A stretch of DNA of 62,974 nt, filler included, from Phoronis australis (taxonomy: Eukaryota; Animalia; Phoronida), in NCBI GenBank assembly GCA_002633005.1. It is 6 parts of 6 records of this genome, joined end to end, with 100 filler letters (N's around TTAATTAATTAA, not from the genome) between each part and the next. Parts side by side here need not be neighbours in the genome. Positions count along the whole stretch, not along the records: positions 1 to 4,390 come from NMRA01002604.1; positions 4,491 to 31,114 come from NMRA01001329.1; 4 more parts are not named here. One strand, written 5' to 3'. Below are positions 1-13,500 of the stretch, piece by piece. A program made the position numbers and the translations under genes. The notes under the pieces were generated by a model, which worked only from the letters and a program-made list of their open reading frames with translations, had not been told where the DNA came from and ran no database searches. Positions within the stretch are counted from its first letter, which is position 1. Each line of letters opens with the position of its first letter.

Positions 1-326
1 ACTGTAAATATATCTTTGTTGGTTGCGTTCGTCCGTTCCTGTAAGGTAAAGCATCAATGTAATTGTTATATTAATTTATAGTAGCTCTGTCCACACAACG
101 TGTGATACGTGCAAGTTCCATTCTTGTGTCAAGTGTCTGTGTGTCTGTTGTTTTTTTCATGTTATCCTACCTTGAGATAGATTCGAAAAAATACTTACAA
201 ATTATATAATGCACAATATCATACATCATTTGGGAGCACTGTTATTTTTTATTGTGTTTCCTTACATTCATGAAATGAATTATCCTTTTAATGTACCTGA
301 TGGGAAATGAATAATAATGAATTTGT

Positions 327-880
327 GGAAAATTAAGAACCTACTTTTTATTTAAGCACGAGTTTTTAACTGAGCCGTATGTAAAGATTAATTTATCTCG
401 TTCCGAGCGGTATCTTCTGGCTCAGCTTGGAGCAGGAAATCTCCCATTGCACTTGGAAACTGGTCGTTATATTATGTAAACACTCCTGCAAGTGTACGAC
501 TTTGCTTGTGTTTTGACTCTGACTCTTTGGAGGATGAGCTACCCTTTGTGTTTGATTGTTCTCTTTATAACTCATGAAGGTCTATTCTGTTTAATAATAT
601 TTCACTTCAAATCCCAAATCTTGTAGATTTCAATAGATTAGATACGTTTAAACCGCTATTTCAGTATTTTCCTAGGCAATTTGCCAAATATATCAACTCT
701 GCTTTTGAACTTAGAAACCGACGCATTTATGACAGGCCTACATCTGAGTTGTGTGGTTAAAGTGACTAATAAGCCCAACTGGGCTGGGTACTTATCTTTC
801 TTACGAATGTTATACCTATAACTGTTTGATTTAATTGCACTTGTCATTATAATAAATAAATACTACATGTACTACTACTG
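327..880 (+). mobile_element. 3' end of a degraded non-LTR retrotransposon (LINE ORF2 C-terminus plus 3' tail)
   Basis: Translation from 327 gives GKLRTYFLFKHEFLTEPYVKINLSRSERYLLAQLGAGNLPLHLETGRY, then after a frameshift RLCLCFDSDSLEDELPFVFDCSLYN. This matches the KLRTY...ETGRY...RxCxxC...EDExHFxxxCxxY C-terminus of invertebrate LINE ORF2. It ends in AATAAATAAA plus a (TAC)n-like tail at ~851-880. Confidence 0.8.
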
Positions 881-2267
881 CACTTGTTTTTTCCTGACGC
901 TGTGTGGGTTTCATTCTACTGCGGATAACCACAGATTTGGGCGATAATGGATAGTTTTGACACATCAATTCAGCTAACAATTACTCCAGCCAATCAGGTT
1001 GTGGAAACATCGATAGTCCGCCATCGATGACCCGCAGACCATAGTTGGGGAGCTTGTAATGCACACCCCAACCTTGTACGGGGAACGACGACGTAGTAGT
1101 TCGGTACTTGCCAAGTTCGCGGTTCCAAACTAAAAGTACGCAGGAAACTTGCCGTTGAATCACACAATACAAAGGTTTAGATTCTATGAAAACTAGTACG
1201 TATACTTTTCTTCTGCTTATAACAGTGTCATCGGTTTTGACGACATTGTCGGCGGTAAATGTAAAATGTTTTCTACGCATCAAACGGCTGACAAACATAA
1301 CTTGAAAATTGATGATTTCTTTTTCTTAATTAAGAGACATTTTGTCGTTCAGCAGCTTGACCATAGAAATTAAGGGTCACCTACTAAGAATCCGAGATTC
1401 GACTTTTTTAACATTCAGCCAACTTGTCTGTTTCTGACTATCTGTCAGAATTGAGCTCCACTCTAGTTGGTGAGCTGCCTTGGGTCTGGCTCAATCATAT
1501 GCACCGCGTGGTTGCGCTCTGAATATACAGCAGTCCAAATATGTATGGAGTTGCATATTTTACTTTAAAAAACAGCTTAAATCAAGACACCCGATGTGTT
1601 TATGAATTAACATTGTTCCACCATCCTTAAATTAAGACGGCTTGAAATGACCAATTATAAACAGGAGAAAATTTTTCCAAGTGATTTATCGTTCCATGTA
1701 GGCTAGTGTACAGAAATATTTTTGTGTTGTAAAATTTAAATGAAATAAACGATTTTGCATGAATAAAGGCAAAATAATGAAAAATAAGAGGAAACTGAAA
1801 CCAAAAAAATGAGGAACCCTAATTAAAATGAGAAAATTCCAAGCCATGTTAAGGGCACAGACGATGGCAAAGAACTTCACAAATACTGCACCCTCCATGT
1901 TTCATCTGAACAATCTTTTTCCTGTTTACCAAACCAAAATGTTGAAGAACGCTACAGTACACGTACATGTATGATTATCCAGGGACCTGTTTCCAAAAGT
2001 CTAATAGTATTTGTCTTTTGACTTCTGGCTGAATACCAGTCAATGAATTGCTTAGTAGGTCGATTCACGGAATCATGGCAAGGTTATCGCTTAGACCCGT
2101 CTACAAATCCAAGCCGAAAAAAACATAAAATCGTATCCCTTTCGGAAGATAACTAAAAGCCAAATGACAAAACAAATTTTGGCTTTAGATATTTCGAGAA
2201 ACGGGTCCGTTCGTTTTGTTACTGTAACTGACCACTGTTGGCTAGTGATAACAGTTGCCCCGCTCAC

Positions 2268-2435
2268 CTCCAGCAGCCCAGTAGATCACAGTAAACAATC
2301 CGTAAGTGACTCCATAAGCCACCGGTTGGTAAAAGTGGTAAAAGCGCTTCGGGATACCCGAGATGAAATGATCTACCACAACATAGACTGCGTTAACAGC
2401 GTGCGTGGTTACGTTCTGAATATCCAGCGCCCATC
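2268..2435 (-). CDS. rost: Internal exon of a rolling stone-like (FAR-17a/AIG1-related) multipass membrane protein
   Basis: 168-bp phase 1-1 exon with acceptor TTTTCAG and donor GTGAGC. It encodes (G)WALDIQNVTTHAVNAVYVVVDHFISGIPKRFYHFYQPVAYGVTYGLFTVIYWAAG, containing the HAVN...D...IP.R..HFYQP...YWAAGG signature of rolling stone-like proteins. Confidence 0.85.
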
Positions 2436-4336
2436 CTGAAAAATATAGCAACCGTTGGCATTCATGAAGTTAAACGAAAATGGCAAGATACATGGTCGAA
2501 AGTGCATCGAAATGGTGAGTTAATCCCACAATTCAACACTCCTACATGTAAGTCACCGAGCTGTCACTTCAGTGGCCGCATACCATAGTGCTGGGGTTTG
2601 GTCACTATGCTCCCGTTTTTGAAAGTGCTAAGAAAATCTTTTCAACCTCAGTTATAAATGTAGAATATGTTGGCAAGACTTAGAAAATCTTTGCAAGATT
2701 TGCCGAATACATCGTTGCACTGAGTGAAAATAAAGTCTTGATTTTCGGCTCTTTGGCAGTGCATGCCAACGTGTTTGACTGATGGGGTGACTTGATATTT
2801 TTAGCAGCGCATTTTGTAGCTGAACTGACCACAACATTTTCCCCGCTTGTCAGAGACGAGATTAGTTGTACTCCATTGCATAGGGGGAATGACCTCGGCG
2901 CTCGTTCCACAGCCGAATAAGTACAGGTAATCAAAAAAGCCCTGTTAAGTTGCACTTTTCACCAATTCAGAAAACAGAACGAGTTTCACCAATTCAGAGA
3001 TATCAATAAAATACCTCACTAAATAAGTGCAATTCGTAACTACATGTATTACGGTCCTTTGCATTTTAAGTTGCTCGTACAAATTTAGATTTAGTGTATC
3101 GTTAATTTTGTAATTTTCTGGTTTACATTTTAGAATGTGCCTATAACAATGCAAAAAAGTGGTGGCTATTGGAAACGACAGAATGGCATGACGTGTGTTG
3201 AAGCTGTCATTTTCATGCAAGATGGTACGCCTGATTGAATACCGGTCAAGCCAGCACACAGTGGTGCCGAATCAATACCTCAATTCATTGGGTCTAATCT
3301 GAACATTTAGGTTTGTACAGTATTTGGCCAAGCTTGAACCTATTGGAAATCTGGTCACTGATTCTGAAAATTCGCTTTTTGGACTCGATACTCGCATTCT
3401 GTCAAATTTCGTTATCATCATATCATGAAGACTTTCCATATGATTGTTGAGTGATGAAAAATGTTTCAAATATTGGCCAAAAAAAATGAAAACAAGCACC
3501 TGTTTTCTATGTGACTGAAATACGAGAAACTCTGTACACTAAAAACACATGGTCTCTACGGCATAAAATGGAAGAAGAATCGATAAAGAGACTAATGACA
3601 TTGGCCGTCGCCGTTGTTGAGCAATGAGACAGTACGTCATGTCAGGTTTTTTGTCAAATAAAAATTGTGAAGTGCCTTTTGTTAAGAAAGAGAGAATGTA
3701 ACACTTCGGCGTTGTATTGGAAAAATAAACACGAAGCCGAAAATCAAGAGAAAAATCGGGCACCGAAGCCAATTAAAATTACTGGAAATACAAAGACTAA
3801 TCGGTGGGGAACGCGTGGAAGTGGGCGATTGGAGGGTGGGCACATAGAGATGCTGTAGAATTTTGTCCACGTGGGGGTGTGCAAGTAATAGACATAAGAG
3901 AGGATTGTTTAACGGACCAGCACAAAAACGTAAAATTAAAAAACTTAGCAGCGCAATTTAGCTATGTTGCTTTTTCACGGACTGGATCGGCCATTTATTA
4001 CTTGCTGCTGTCACACAAGACGCCGGTTTGAATCGATGCAGTCTATAATACAACAATGAAAGCCTCTGGCCCTCCAATATGGCCTTTCGCGGTTACCTTG
4101 TCCATCCCCACCCCCAAAGAAAAACTACTTAAGTTAGAAGTTCACCTCTGTAAATTAATAGACATCTTAACCACGACAAACTGTTACGTATACGGTCACA
4201 TTTACTTATTACACCACGTAATCGGCTCGCGTGCCACAATCCCTAATCAGAATGAAACACCCTGCCTAACTATTGCTTTGTTTGCCTGAGCCACCATGCT
4301 CATCGCTTAGCCTAAGGTGCCATTATCACACCCTAC

Positions 4337-4390
4337 CTTTGTAAACAACCGCCCAATAAAGAATAGCTATGACGAGTGCCGCTGTGCTGG
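4337..4390 (-). CDS. rost: Upstream exon (5'-truncated by gap) of the same rolling stone-like gene
   Basis: The minus strand reads STAALVIAILYWAVVYK-G|GTAGGG. The phase-1 donor matches the phase-1 acceptor at 2435 (GT-AG intron 2436-4336). The ILYW helix is expected just before the HAVN helix in this family. Confidence 0.75.
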
Positions 4391-4490
4391 NNNNNNNNNN
4401 NNNNNNNNNNNNNNNNNNNNNNNNNNNNNNNNNNTTAATTAATTAANNNNNNNNNNNNNNNNNNNNNNNNNNNNNNNNNNNNNNNNNNNN
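4391..4490. other. Artificial gap spacer (N44-TTAATTAATTAA-N44)
   Basis: Directly visible. TTAATTAATTAA gives stops in all six frames, and the spacer is identical at five places. Confidence 0.98.
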
Positions 4491-5714
4491 TGGTGTTTGT
4501 CTACCTCCGGCACGTTTACACACACCCAACCTTTTAGACATTCATGATTATAAAACTACCTTTTTAGACTAGAGGGGGTAGCGGAGACTAAAATGAGTTT
4601 ATTGTTGTCAGGAGCCACCGTCAATATCTTCGTATCTCTACCAAATATTCTTCTCCCGTGCCAGAATATATACTGACACTGTTTTTACTTGTAGTGTTTT
4701 GTTTTGTTTTGTTTTGTTGTTCTGATTGATTGGCACGAGCCCTGAGTTAACAACAGGGATGAAATAATCTGTTTACTACAGAATAGTATGGAACTTTCTA
4801 GAAGACTTATCTCAGTACAGTGGTGATGTAATTTGTTTACTAACAGTGTAGTGTGGAACGTTCTAGAAGAGTCTAGCATGACAGTGATTAATGCAGACTG
4901 AAATACTCTAGAAACTAGAATATGTTTATAGAATGTTTGGTTAGATTCCAGAAAGTTCTAGAACGTGCTTGATCTGGTGAAAAGTTCTAGATCAATCCTT
5001 TAGTGTACAAATAACACTGCACGGTTTTGCATTAGATAGATAAGCATAAAGGCAGTTCAAGAGTAACAACAAAACAGTTGAGAGGATTAGAGTTGAGAGG
5101 ATTAGAGTTGAGTTGCATTGAAGAGAAGCAGAAGTTACAGCGATAGACAGCAGAGAGCCAGCTATAGAGACAACAGGTTATTGAATCAACGAGTGTAACA
5201 GATCATGCGGCATCTGCCAGAAGAGAATCCTGGAAAGTCGAGTGACCAGGTTACCCTTCTGAGAGATGCCTTTGATGGGGGGGGCCTTTCAAGAAGATTG
5301 ATCGAATTGGTCCTGTAACTCCAATTTCAGAAAAGGGAAGCAAATACATCCTCGCAGTAGTAGATTTCGCTACCAGAAACCCGGAAGCAGTGGCGCTACC
5401 GAAGATTGAGGCAGAGCAAGAGTTTTGGTATTACTTCCCACAGACCATAACAGGCTTACTCTGCAGTGGAAGGGGCCTTACAAAGTTGAAGAAAGAGTGA
5501 ACCTAATGGACTACAGAATCTGAACGGCAATAATAAAATTGCCAATCTGTTGAAGGCGTACCACGAACGCGAAAGCTTAGAGTGAACAGCATTACTTCGC
5601 AGAAGAGAAAGAGTGTGCGCTGTTCAAAACTTTCGGTGCAGACTCCTTATGTCGACCAGCAGAGCCTGCATGTCAAGTAGCACGTTAGAGACAGATACAG
5701 AGGCAAAATGTTAT

Positions 5715-5755
<41 letters not shown>

Positions 5756-5944
5756 TATATGCCAGATGATTTTGTGTTACAAAATTGTAGAGTAATTTTC
5801 TCTTTGAAAGCGGTGAGTTGTCAGAATAAAGACCGATAATGTTTTTAATTGTATTGTTTTGTTTTGTTGTTCTGTTTGATTGGCATAACCCCTGAGTTAA
5901 GTACAGTGACGATGTAGTTTGTTTACTACCGAATAGTATGGAAA
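4491..5944 (+). repeat. Near-identical duplicate of 8530-9953 (flank plus partial Gypsy element), probably a redundant haplotype
   Basis: It matches 8530-9953, including ~170 bp of non-LTR flank, with a few SNPs and indels on the left. It is bounded by a gap and by a single N at 5945. Confidence 0.85.
5711..5760. repeat. (TACATA)n/(TA)n microsatellite (second copy at ~9720-9769)
   Basis: Direct tandem hexamer in the 3' untranslated part of the Gypsy remnant. Confidence 0.95.
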
Positions 5945-5945
5945 N

Positions 5946-6039
5946 TTTTAGCCGAATGGTCGGCAAATTAGACGACCGGTCGACGGCTAGTCGTCGACCA
6001 ATTTCCGACCGGGCGGCCAAAAATTCGTGATGTGTGCTG
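5946..6039 (-). mobile_element. Terminus of a GC-rich MITE-like repeat (end CAGCACACATCACGAATTTTTG)
   Basis: The reverse complement matches the start of 21440-21620. Both are rich in CCGAC/GTCGAC motifs. Confidence 0.6.
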
Positions 6040-8673
6040 TAGCGTCTCTAAGATTCCAAATCTGCGCTAGATTGTAGACCGCAACACGAGTAAAATCTCT
6101 GGAGGAACACACATGTTGTTGTCACGTGACGTTTGTTTTGAAGTTTGTATGCCGTCTGTGTGTGAGAGTAAGCATGGGTCTGTTGGCATCAGAGTTCATT
6201 TGCCAGAGTAAATGCGATGTAATGATCTAGGTGTGCATTGAATGCAAAGAAATTGACCCAAGCAGTCAAGTAGAGCGTGTTTTAATGTTTAGCTTGGCAC
6301 TTGCTGGCCTCATCTGCTAAAAAAAACGTTCGAGAATTGTTTCGGTAGGCCTAAGACCGATATGTCACTTATTGAGTCGCCGGTCGAGTGGGTGCTTGAT
6401 CGCGAACAGCTATTTTCTTTGGCGGAGATTTTCTTCCCTGTGAATCTCGCCATGACAAAGACAGAAGGCAACAGCCTTCAGAAAAGGTTCGAACGGGAAC
6501 AGTGTGAACATTTACGTCGAGGATACCTGACATGTAAACCGCCCGCTTTTGTTTCAGAAGTCAACGCGAATCCTTCGAGCCTCATAGAGTTGACATCAAC
6601 GTCGACAAAAACTGCACCAATGCGGTTAAAAATAATAGTAAAAATCCTTAACGAATAACAATTTTCCCTCAAAGCAAAACGGGAGTTTTACTCAAATAAT
6701 TAGGGATATCTGTAACAGTTAAGCCGAGATTTTCGTGTCCAGTGATCGCCGATGGTCGAGCCGGCGCCGTAACAGTCAGACGTAACGAGTCGAAATTCTG
6801 ATTTCCACCGTGACCATTCAAATTAAAAATCCAAAGGTAGTGATTTTGATGAAGCAACACCAGCCTAACCCGGTCAGTACTTGAGTGTTCACCGTGGTTG
6901 TGACCTCCGATGACAGACTAAACAAAACATACTTGCAGACTGGACCTCGGGAATCTTGCCTATGGATCTGTATTGTTCTTAGTTATACACATGTAAGTAC
7001 ACGTCAACCACTAATACGGGCACTGAGTATTTACTCAGCCCGTGCTTGCCGTTTCTTTAGTGCCACGGCGTATCTCCAAAATGGTCGGTATTTTTGGTAA
7101 TTTTTGTGCATTTTTCCGATGCTCAGAGTAATGTTTTCAATCCTTCGCTTTGGCATTTAATGGTAATCTTTGTCGAGAAAATAACAGTCACGAGCCAGTC
7201 GACAGGGCCGAGACTGTGGAGTTACGAAGGAATACATGTATGAATAAGCCTATAACAACAATCACAGTCAGTATAGATTTAAGTATTCCACCGTTTGCTC
7301 ATTACAACGTCACTTTTAGGCTTTGGAAAAGGCCAAAAATTGACAGGACTTTCATCTCTGTAGGTATAACTACAACAACAACATTTCTTGGCCATTTAAA
7401 ATGCACATTGTAGTTGAACGTGTTTTGTCCTACAGCCGCTAATGTTTGGTTGATAAGATGGCGACTTGAACTGCAGTCTTGAGGAATGTCCAGAATGCAT
7501 CATTCTGATTGGTCAAACACACATGCCATTCATTTTCTGGCGTCAGGTCAATTGGAAGCTTATGCTAACTGAATGAGTAAAATTACGATTACGAGTCTAG
7601 CCATTACTTCCAACATACCGGTCAGCTTGAACCTACACCCTGTCAGCTAGCTATACACTGTATGTGCATGAAGACTAAGTACACAGCTTTGAACCAAGAC
7701 TGATCTTTAGCGTCTAAATTCAATATCATTATTACATGTTTTGCAACACCTTTTAGCATGTATATATGTTTGCATAAAAGAAGCAACGCACTCATATGTT
7801 AGCATACTAATTCCTCAAAAGCTGACAAAGATCTTGAAAGAAAAAAAAATATTAAACCGTGGCCTCTGCAAGTTAGTGGGAGAAACGTTCTACCCGCCAA
7901 CCTCCCAAGTCCCCCCAGCTTCCTAGGGCCGTAAGGTTGTACGTGTTTTTGTAGATAACATTCCCGCTCACCTATTGGCTGCGTTGGCGTCCTATTTTTC
8001 AGTAAGGACCAATCGCAATTTGTGGCCTAACCCAAAGAAACTGTCAGTATCTGATAAAAGCATTGAATCGTTATCAATCGTCGCAGACTGTCCACACGCA
8101 TCCAAAATCAAGCTTGCAACATGGCTCAGAATAAAAAATCCGGCAACGTTCTTCTCAGTGAGAAAGAATTAAATGAGGTGAGAGTGTAGATTGTCTCTGA
8201 AAGCATTTTGTCTTCCTTGTAAAATGACCAGGACCGCTTAAGCAACTCATTTAATGCTGAATATGTTTATTGATTGTTTGAGCCTATAGGCGACATATCT
8301 ACAGAGCGTTTGCCATTGCAACTTTACAAAGCAACTGTTATAGTTGTGCGAATGGGTATTTTGATGAACTATTACGGTACTTACAATTTGACATCCGGAC
8401 GCGGGTCACGATATTTTAAGTTAGTGTTGCAATGACCTCGTACCGTCAAAATGGCGTGAGCTAGGGTTTTGCCAACGCCACAACACACGAGGGGCGGACC
8501 CTCAGGGGAGAAATCTTAGATATTGAAAGTGGTGTTTACACACACCCAACCTTTTAGACATTCGTGATTATAAAACTACCTTTTTAAACTAGAGGGGGTA
8601 GCGGAGACTAAAATGAGTTTATTGTTGTCAGGAGCCACCGTCAATATCTTCTCTACCAAATATTCTTCTCCCG

Positions 8674-9723
8674 TGTCAAAATATATACTGACACTGTTTT
8701 TACTTGTAGTGTTTTGTTTTGTTTTGTTTTTCTGGTTGATTGGCACGAGCCCTGAGTTAACAACAGGGATGAAATAATCTGTTTACTACAGAATAGTATG
8801 GAGCTTTCTAGAAGACTTATCTCAGTACAGTGGTTATGTAATTTGTTTACTACAGTGTAGTGTGGAACGTTCTAGAAGAGTCTAGCATGACAGTGATTAA
8901 TGCAGACTGAAATACTCCAGAAACTAGAATATGTTTATAGAATGTTTGGTTAGATTCCAGAAAGTTCTAGAACGTGCTTGATCTGGTGAAAAGTTCTAGA
9001 ACAATGCTTTAGTGTACAAATAACCAGGCACGGTTTTGCATTAGATAGATAAGCATAAAGGCAGTTCAAGAGTAACAACAAAACAGTTGAGAGGATTAGA
9101 GTTGAGAGGATTAGAGTTGAGTTGCATTGAAGAGAAGCAGAAGTTACAGCGATAGACAGCAGAGAGCCAGCTATAGAGACAACAGGTTATTGAATCAACG
9201 AGTGTAACAGATCATGCGGCATCTGCCAGAAGAGAATCCTGGAAAGTCGAGTGACCAGGTTACCCTTCTGAGAGATGCCTTTGATGGGGGGGGCCTTTCA
9301 AGAAGATTGATCGAATTGGTCCTGTAACTCCAATTTCAGAAAAGGGAAGCAAATACATCCTCGCAGTAGTAGATTTCGCTACCAGAAACCCGGAAGCAGT
9401 GGCGCTACCGAAGATTGAGGCAGAGCAAGAGTTTTGGTATTACTTCCCACAGACCATAACAGGCTTACTCTGCAGTGGAAGGGGCCTTACAAAGTTGAAG
9501 AAAGAGTGAACCTAATGGACTACAGAATCTGAACGGCAATAATAAAATTGCCAATCTGTTGAAGGCGTACCACGAACGCGAAAGCTTAGAGTGAACAGCA
9601 TTACTTCGCAGAAGAGAAAGAGTGTGCGCTGTTCAAAACTTTCGGTGCAGACTCCTTATGTCGACCAGCAGAGCCTGCATGTCAAGTAGCACGTTAGAGA
9701 CAGATACAGAGGCAAAATGTTAT

Positions 9724-9764
<41 letters not shown>

Positions 9765-10560
9765 TATATGCCAGATGATTTTGTGTTACAAAATTGTAGA
9801 GTAATTTTCTCTTTGAAAGCGGTGAGTTGTCAGAATAAAGACCGATAATGTTTTTAATTGTATTGTTTTGTTTTGTTGTTCTGTTTGATTGGCATAACCC
9901 CTGAGTTAAGTACAGTGACGATGTAGTTTGTTTACTACCGAATAGTATGGAAATTTCAAGAAGACTGAGGCCAGTACAGTGTTGATGTAATATGTTTACT
10001 ACAGTATAGTGTGGAACTTTCTAGAATACTCTGATTAATGCAGACTGAAATATTCTAGAGACTAGTACATGTTTGTAGAATGTTAGGGTAGATTCAGGAC
10101 ATTTTTAGAACGTGCTTGAAATGGTGTAAATTTCTAGAGCAATGCATTAGTATATCAATACCCAGGCCCGGGCTTGCATTAGTCAGATAAGCATAAAAGC
10201 AGTTCAAGAGTAACAACTAAACCGTTGAGAGAATTAGAGTTGATTTGCATTGAAGAGAAGCAGAAGTTACAGCGATAGACAACAGAGAGCCAGGTATAGA
10301 GACATCATGTTATTGAATCAACGAGTGAAACAGTTGGTGAACGTGTCTCGGATTTCCATCGCAAGTCGAGACTTCGCTGCTCTGGCTGGAGCATATAACA
10401 GACTTTACGTCAGTTGTTTTGTTGAGTAGGCCTGTTAAGGTACGGTCGAGCTTAATAAAGGATTAACTCGATCCAGTCTTCAGTCTATTGTCTCACCAAA
10501 AGCTATTACGACCGGTCTGTGACAACATGCACCCACCCACACACTGGGAAAAACGTGACA
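8674..10560 (+). mobile_element. Internally deleted Ty3/Gypsy LTR retrotransposon (Gmr1-like): truncated 5' LTR 8674-9209, 3' LTR 9828-10560
   Basis: TGTCA...TGACA termini, flanks TCCCG/CCCCG (5-bp TSD with one mismatch), diverged direct repeats 8674-9209 vs 9828-10332, and AATAAA at 10454. Internal fragments encode RSCGICQK...IGPVTPISEKGSKYILAVVDFATRNPEAVALPKIEAE and RVLVLLPTDHNRLTLQWKGPYKV (integrase with GPY/F motif). Confidence 0.85.
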
Positions 10561-13500
10561 CCCCGCTTAATGCACACTCATATCACACGTTTGTCGCCAG
10601 TAATTTTCCATTGATCCCGCTTTCATAGCAAACATTTTACTTGGTTCCTAGCAATAACAAAATTTGTGTGTTTAGAATGTCGTTTTTTGCCTTGTGGACT
10701 CAATGCAATAATTTCAAACTTGTCAAATCGAAAAAAAATATACATGACGAGTTCAATTTTCGGTAGCGCTGTGAGTTACCAAGAAAGTTGTTATTGGACA
10801 TGACCCTGGTTAATCTTAGTCCTTGACATTAACTGGGGAGCATAAAATGAGTGCAACCGTTCGCAGACAAAACCTATTAGTCCAGAAGCATACTTATATA
10901 ACGTTAATTGGTAAATCGCGCCCCGTGGATACAACATTCTGAAAAATTAAATAGCTACAAAGTGTTAGTGGGTCGAAATTTCGTCAAATTAATGACAGAC
11001 TAATTGTTCACTAAACATTCTAAATTATTTGAATTCGGTGAATAGTATATTTTCTGAAAGCAAAAGCTCTAAAACATTAGTTCGATGACGTTTCAGTTAT
11101 ATGGCAGCGTTTGGTTCAGGCAACCATGTACATGCATTTGTTGTGAAATTTAGCAAAACATGTTACAATGACCACAAATCAACGGTAGCAATAACCTGAT
11201 AAGTGTCCCAATCGACATGCGGGGAATCAATTAGGAATTATGTAATTATGGAAAAATACCTTATCGGCGATATTTAAGAAACTAAAATACAAATCATTGT
11301 TTGATAATGATAACGGCATAAACGGGCAAGAAGAATGTCCTACCGAGAAATAACGCCGACTGGTACAACTCGCTATCTGAAATGTCTTCAGCGACAAGTC
11401 ACACAAATTGATCGAGTTCAAAGTAACCCTTTATGTCCACGGCTACCACAAGTTTGCTCGTAACGTTGTCTTAAATCTTTGCAAAGTTGGGTAGATAGAG
11501 ACATATACTGACACAAACGAAACGTGGGTAACTGATACAGGGTCCGATGTGTCGCCAGTAGTATTCTGACACATGTTGTATTTTTAGGTACATCACATGT
11601 TTACACTGAAATTGCATATAACTGTCGTCGCAGTTTACAGTTACATATTTTTTGAAGACAAGATTTACCAAAATAGCGATGACATGCTTAAGCGTTTGTG
11701 TACAACTAGGATAGTTCACCTGAGGGTTGTTCACAACGATATAGGTGAATATTTTTCTAAATATATATTTGGCGGAAACTGAATTACAATGCCACAATTA
11801 TATACACCCGAATAACTCGTGAGCCAGGGATAAAGATCGAAACTTAATTAGCAACATTTAAGGACAAAATTAATTTATCCGACGTGAAACAATATGGAAT
11901 GATACACGGTTTACTGTTCTCAGACCCGAAGATGAAGTGGACCAGTACCATTTGTAGCATAGACTTGAACCAAACAAGTCATTGCAGCAATCTTTCGGGA
12001 ATTAATGATTTTCTTATACACCGTACTGGACGACCTTATATGTTTTGGAAAGTTACTGTTCATATTCTTCTGTCTTACTGGAGTTCATTCATTTGTCACA
12101 CTTCCTTCCCTTACACTAGACCTTGACACTAGACTTTAAACAACCTTGAGGCTTTTTATAGTTTGGTTTGGGGAGGGAATCGTGAAAAATTGTAGAGGAC
12201 AACTAGGATATGCGATTATTAGTAAAGGTGTTTGTAAAATGACTAGCACTGGAGCAGTTGTTCAGACGTTTTACCCACCGACCTTCTCCAAGGGTTCGTG
12301 GTATGGAGAACGACATTTTTGCCTTTTCCTTTGTAGGTAAACCTGTTGTGATATTCTTGGACAGAAGCGCTATCACTCATAACAACGTTATTTTGATGAA
12401 GACTTATTGATTTCTTGTTTATTTAGACCGTGTTGCCCGGTATGTGTAGACCGCTGTTCAGTGCCTGCGAGTCATTGCACCCTGTTAAACAAGTAACTTA
12501 ATGCGAAATTTGCGCGAACAGCTATTTATAAATAACATTATTTCAATACACTTTAAAAATCTTCCATGTCTCGTTCAGTACTGCTTCTTTCGCTATAACT
12601 TTACACGAGTATTAGCACATTGTTATCCTTTGTCATATATTGCCACGAGATGCTTTCCCAACTTCGCAATAATTAAGTGTATTTCACGTCTATTCGCAGT
12701 CAATAAACGAACCATTATAGCTAATATGACAATTTCGTCATTTGTTAAATATTTACTTTAGTTCATGCCGCAGAAGTCTCGGTGTAGTCTTTTTATAACC
12801 ATGTCACAAGTTGTTGCAATTATCCAAAAGTTTAATGTATGGTCATGTGACACTTTTGTGCACGGAAACCAAAAGTTTGGTGGCGAAAAAATATAGGTTA
12901 AAGTTGTCTAGCCTGTGACCTTAGTCTTCTTGAATATGTTTATTCAGAGCAAACACATCGTCCACTAACATGACATATATTATCAAGTGTGTTTTACACC
13001 CATGCGTAATGTATTGTGCTTTTTGAAACTACACGGAAGAAATGCTCAGCAACACCCGACGGTATCTATGTTTTTCTTAATTTTTAAGCTGTGATGTGCA
13101 GCATGATATGATGCAGGCGCATACCAGAACCGAGTTTGCGTATTTATAGAATGGTAATAGACAACACGTTGATGTAAGGTGTTTGTACCAAGTGATTTTT
13201 AAAATGTCAAATTACCTTTCACAGTCACGGCATATTTTATGTATGAATGAAAGGAAATCCACACCGTGAGCACAAGACTGTTACCGGCATTTTCCTTAGC
13301 TAAGCCCATGGCCGTGTATTCTGAAAAAGAAAAAAATCAGAAGTTTTACGAACACCAAATAAACGCCTGGGCGTTTATTCGGAAAGGGGCGGGGCGTGTA
13401 AATGGATAGTCATACATCTGAGTTTCCTGAAATTTATTGCATACAAATGAATTTTTAAAATTTATGTTTATAAATGCATAGTTCGTCAGCAGTTTTATAA

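Noticed and set aside
1495-1562. Possible next rolling stone exon (minus strand, TPYIFGLL)
   Set aside because: Weak acceptor, no LD(W/Y) motif and an early stop.
5613-9804. Identical 60-aa ORFs with YIYIYI runs (similar ORFs at 31215, 40667 and 43115)
   Set aside because: They are translations of microsatellites.
10333-10350. TGG-starting PBS after an apparent LTR end at 10332
   Set aside because: The LTR more plausibly continues through AATAAA to TGACA at 10560, where the TSD matches.
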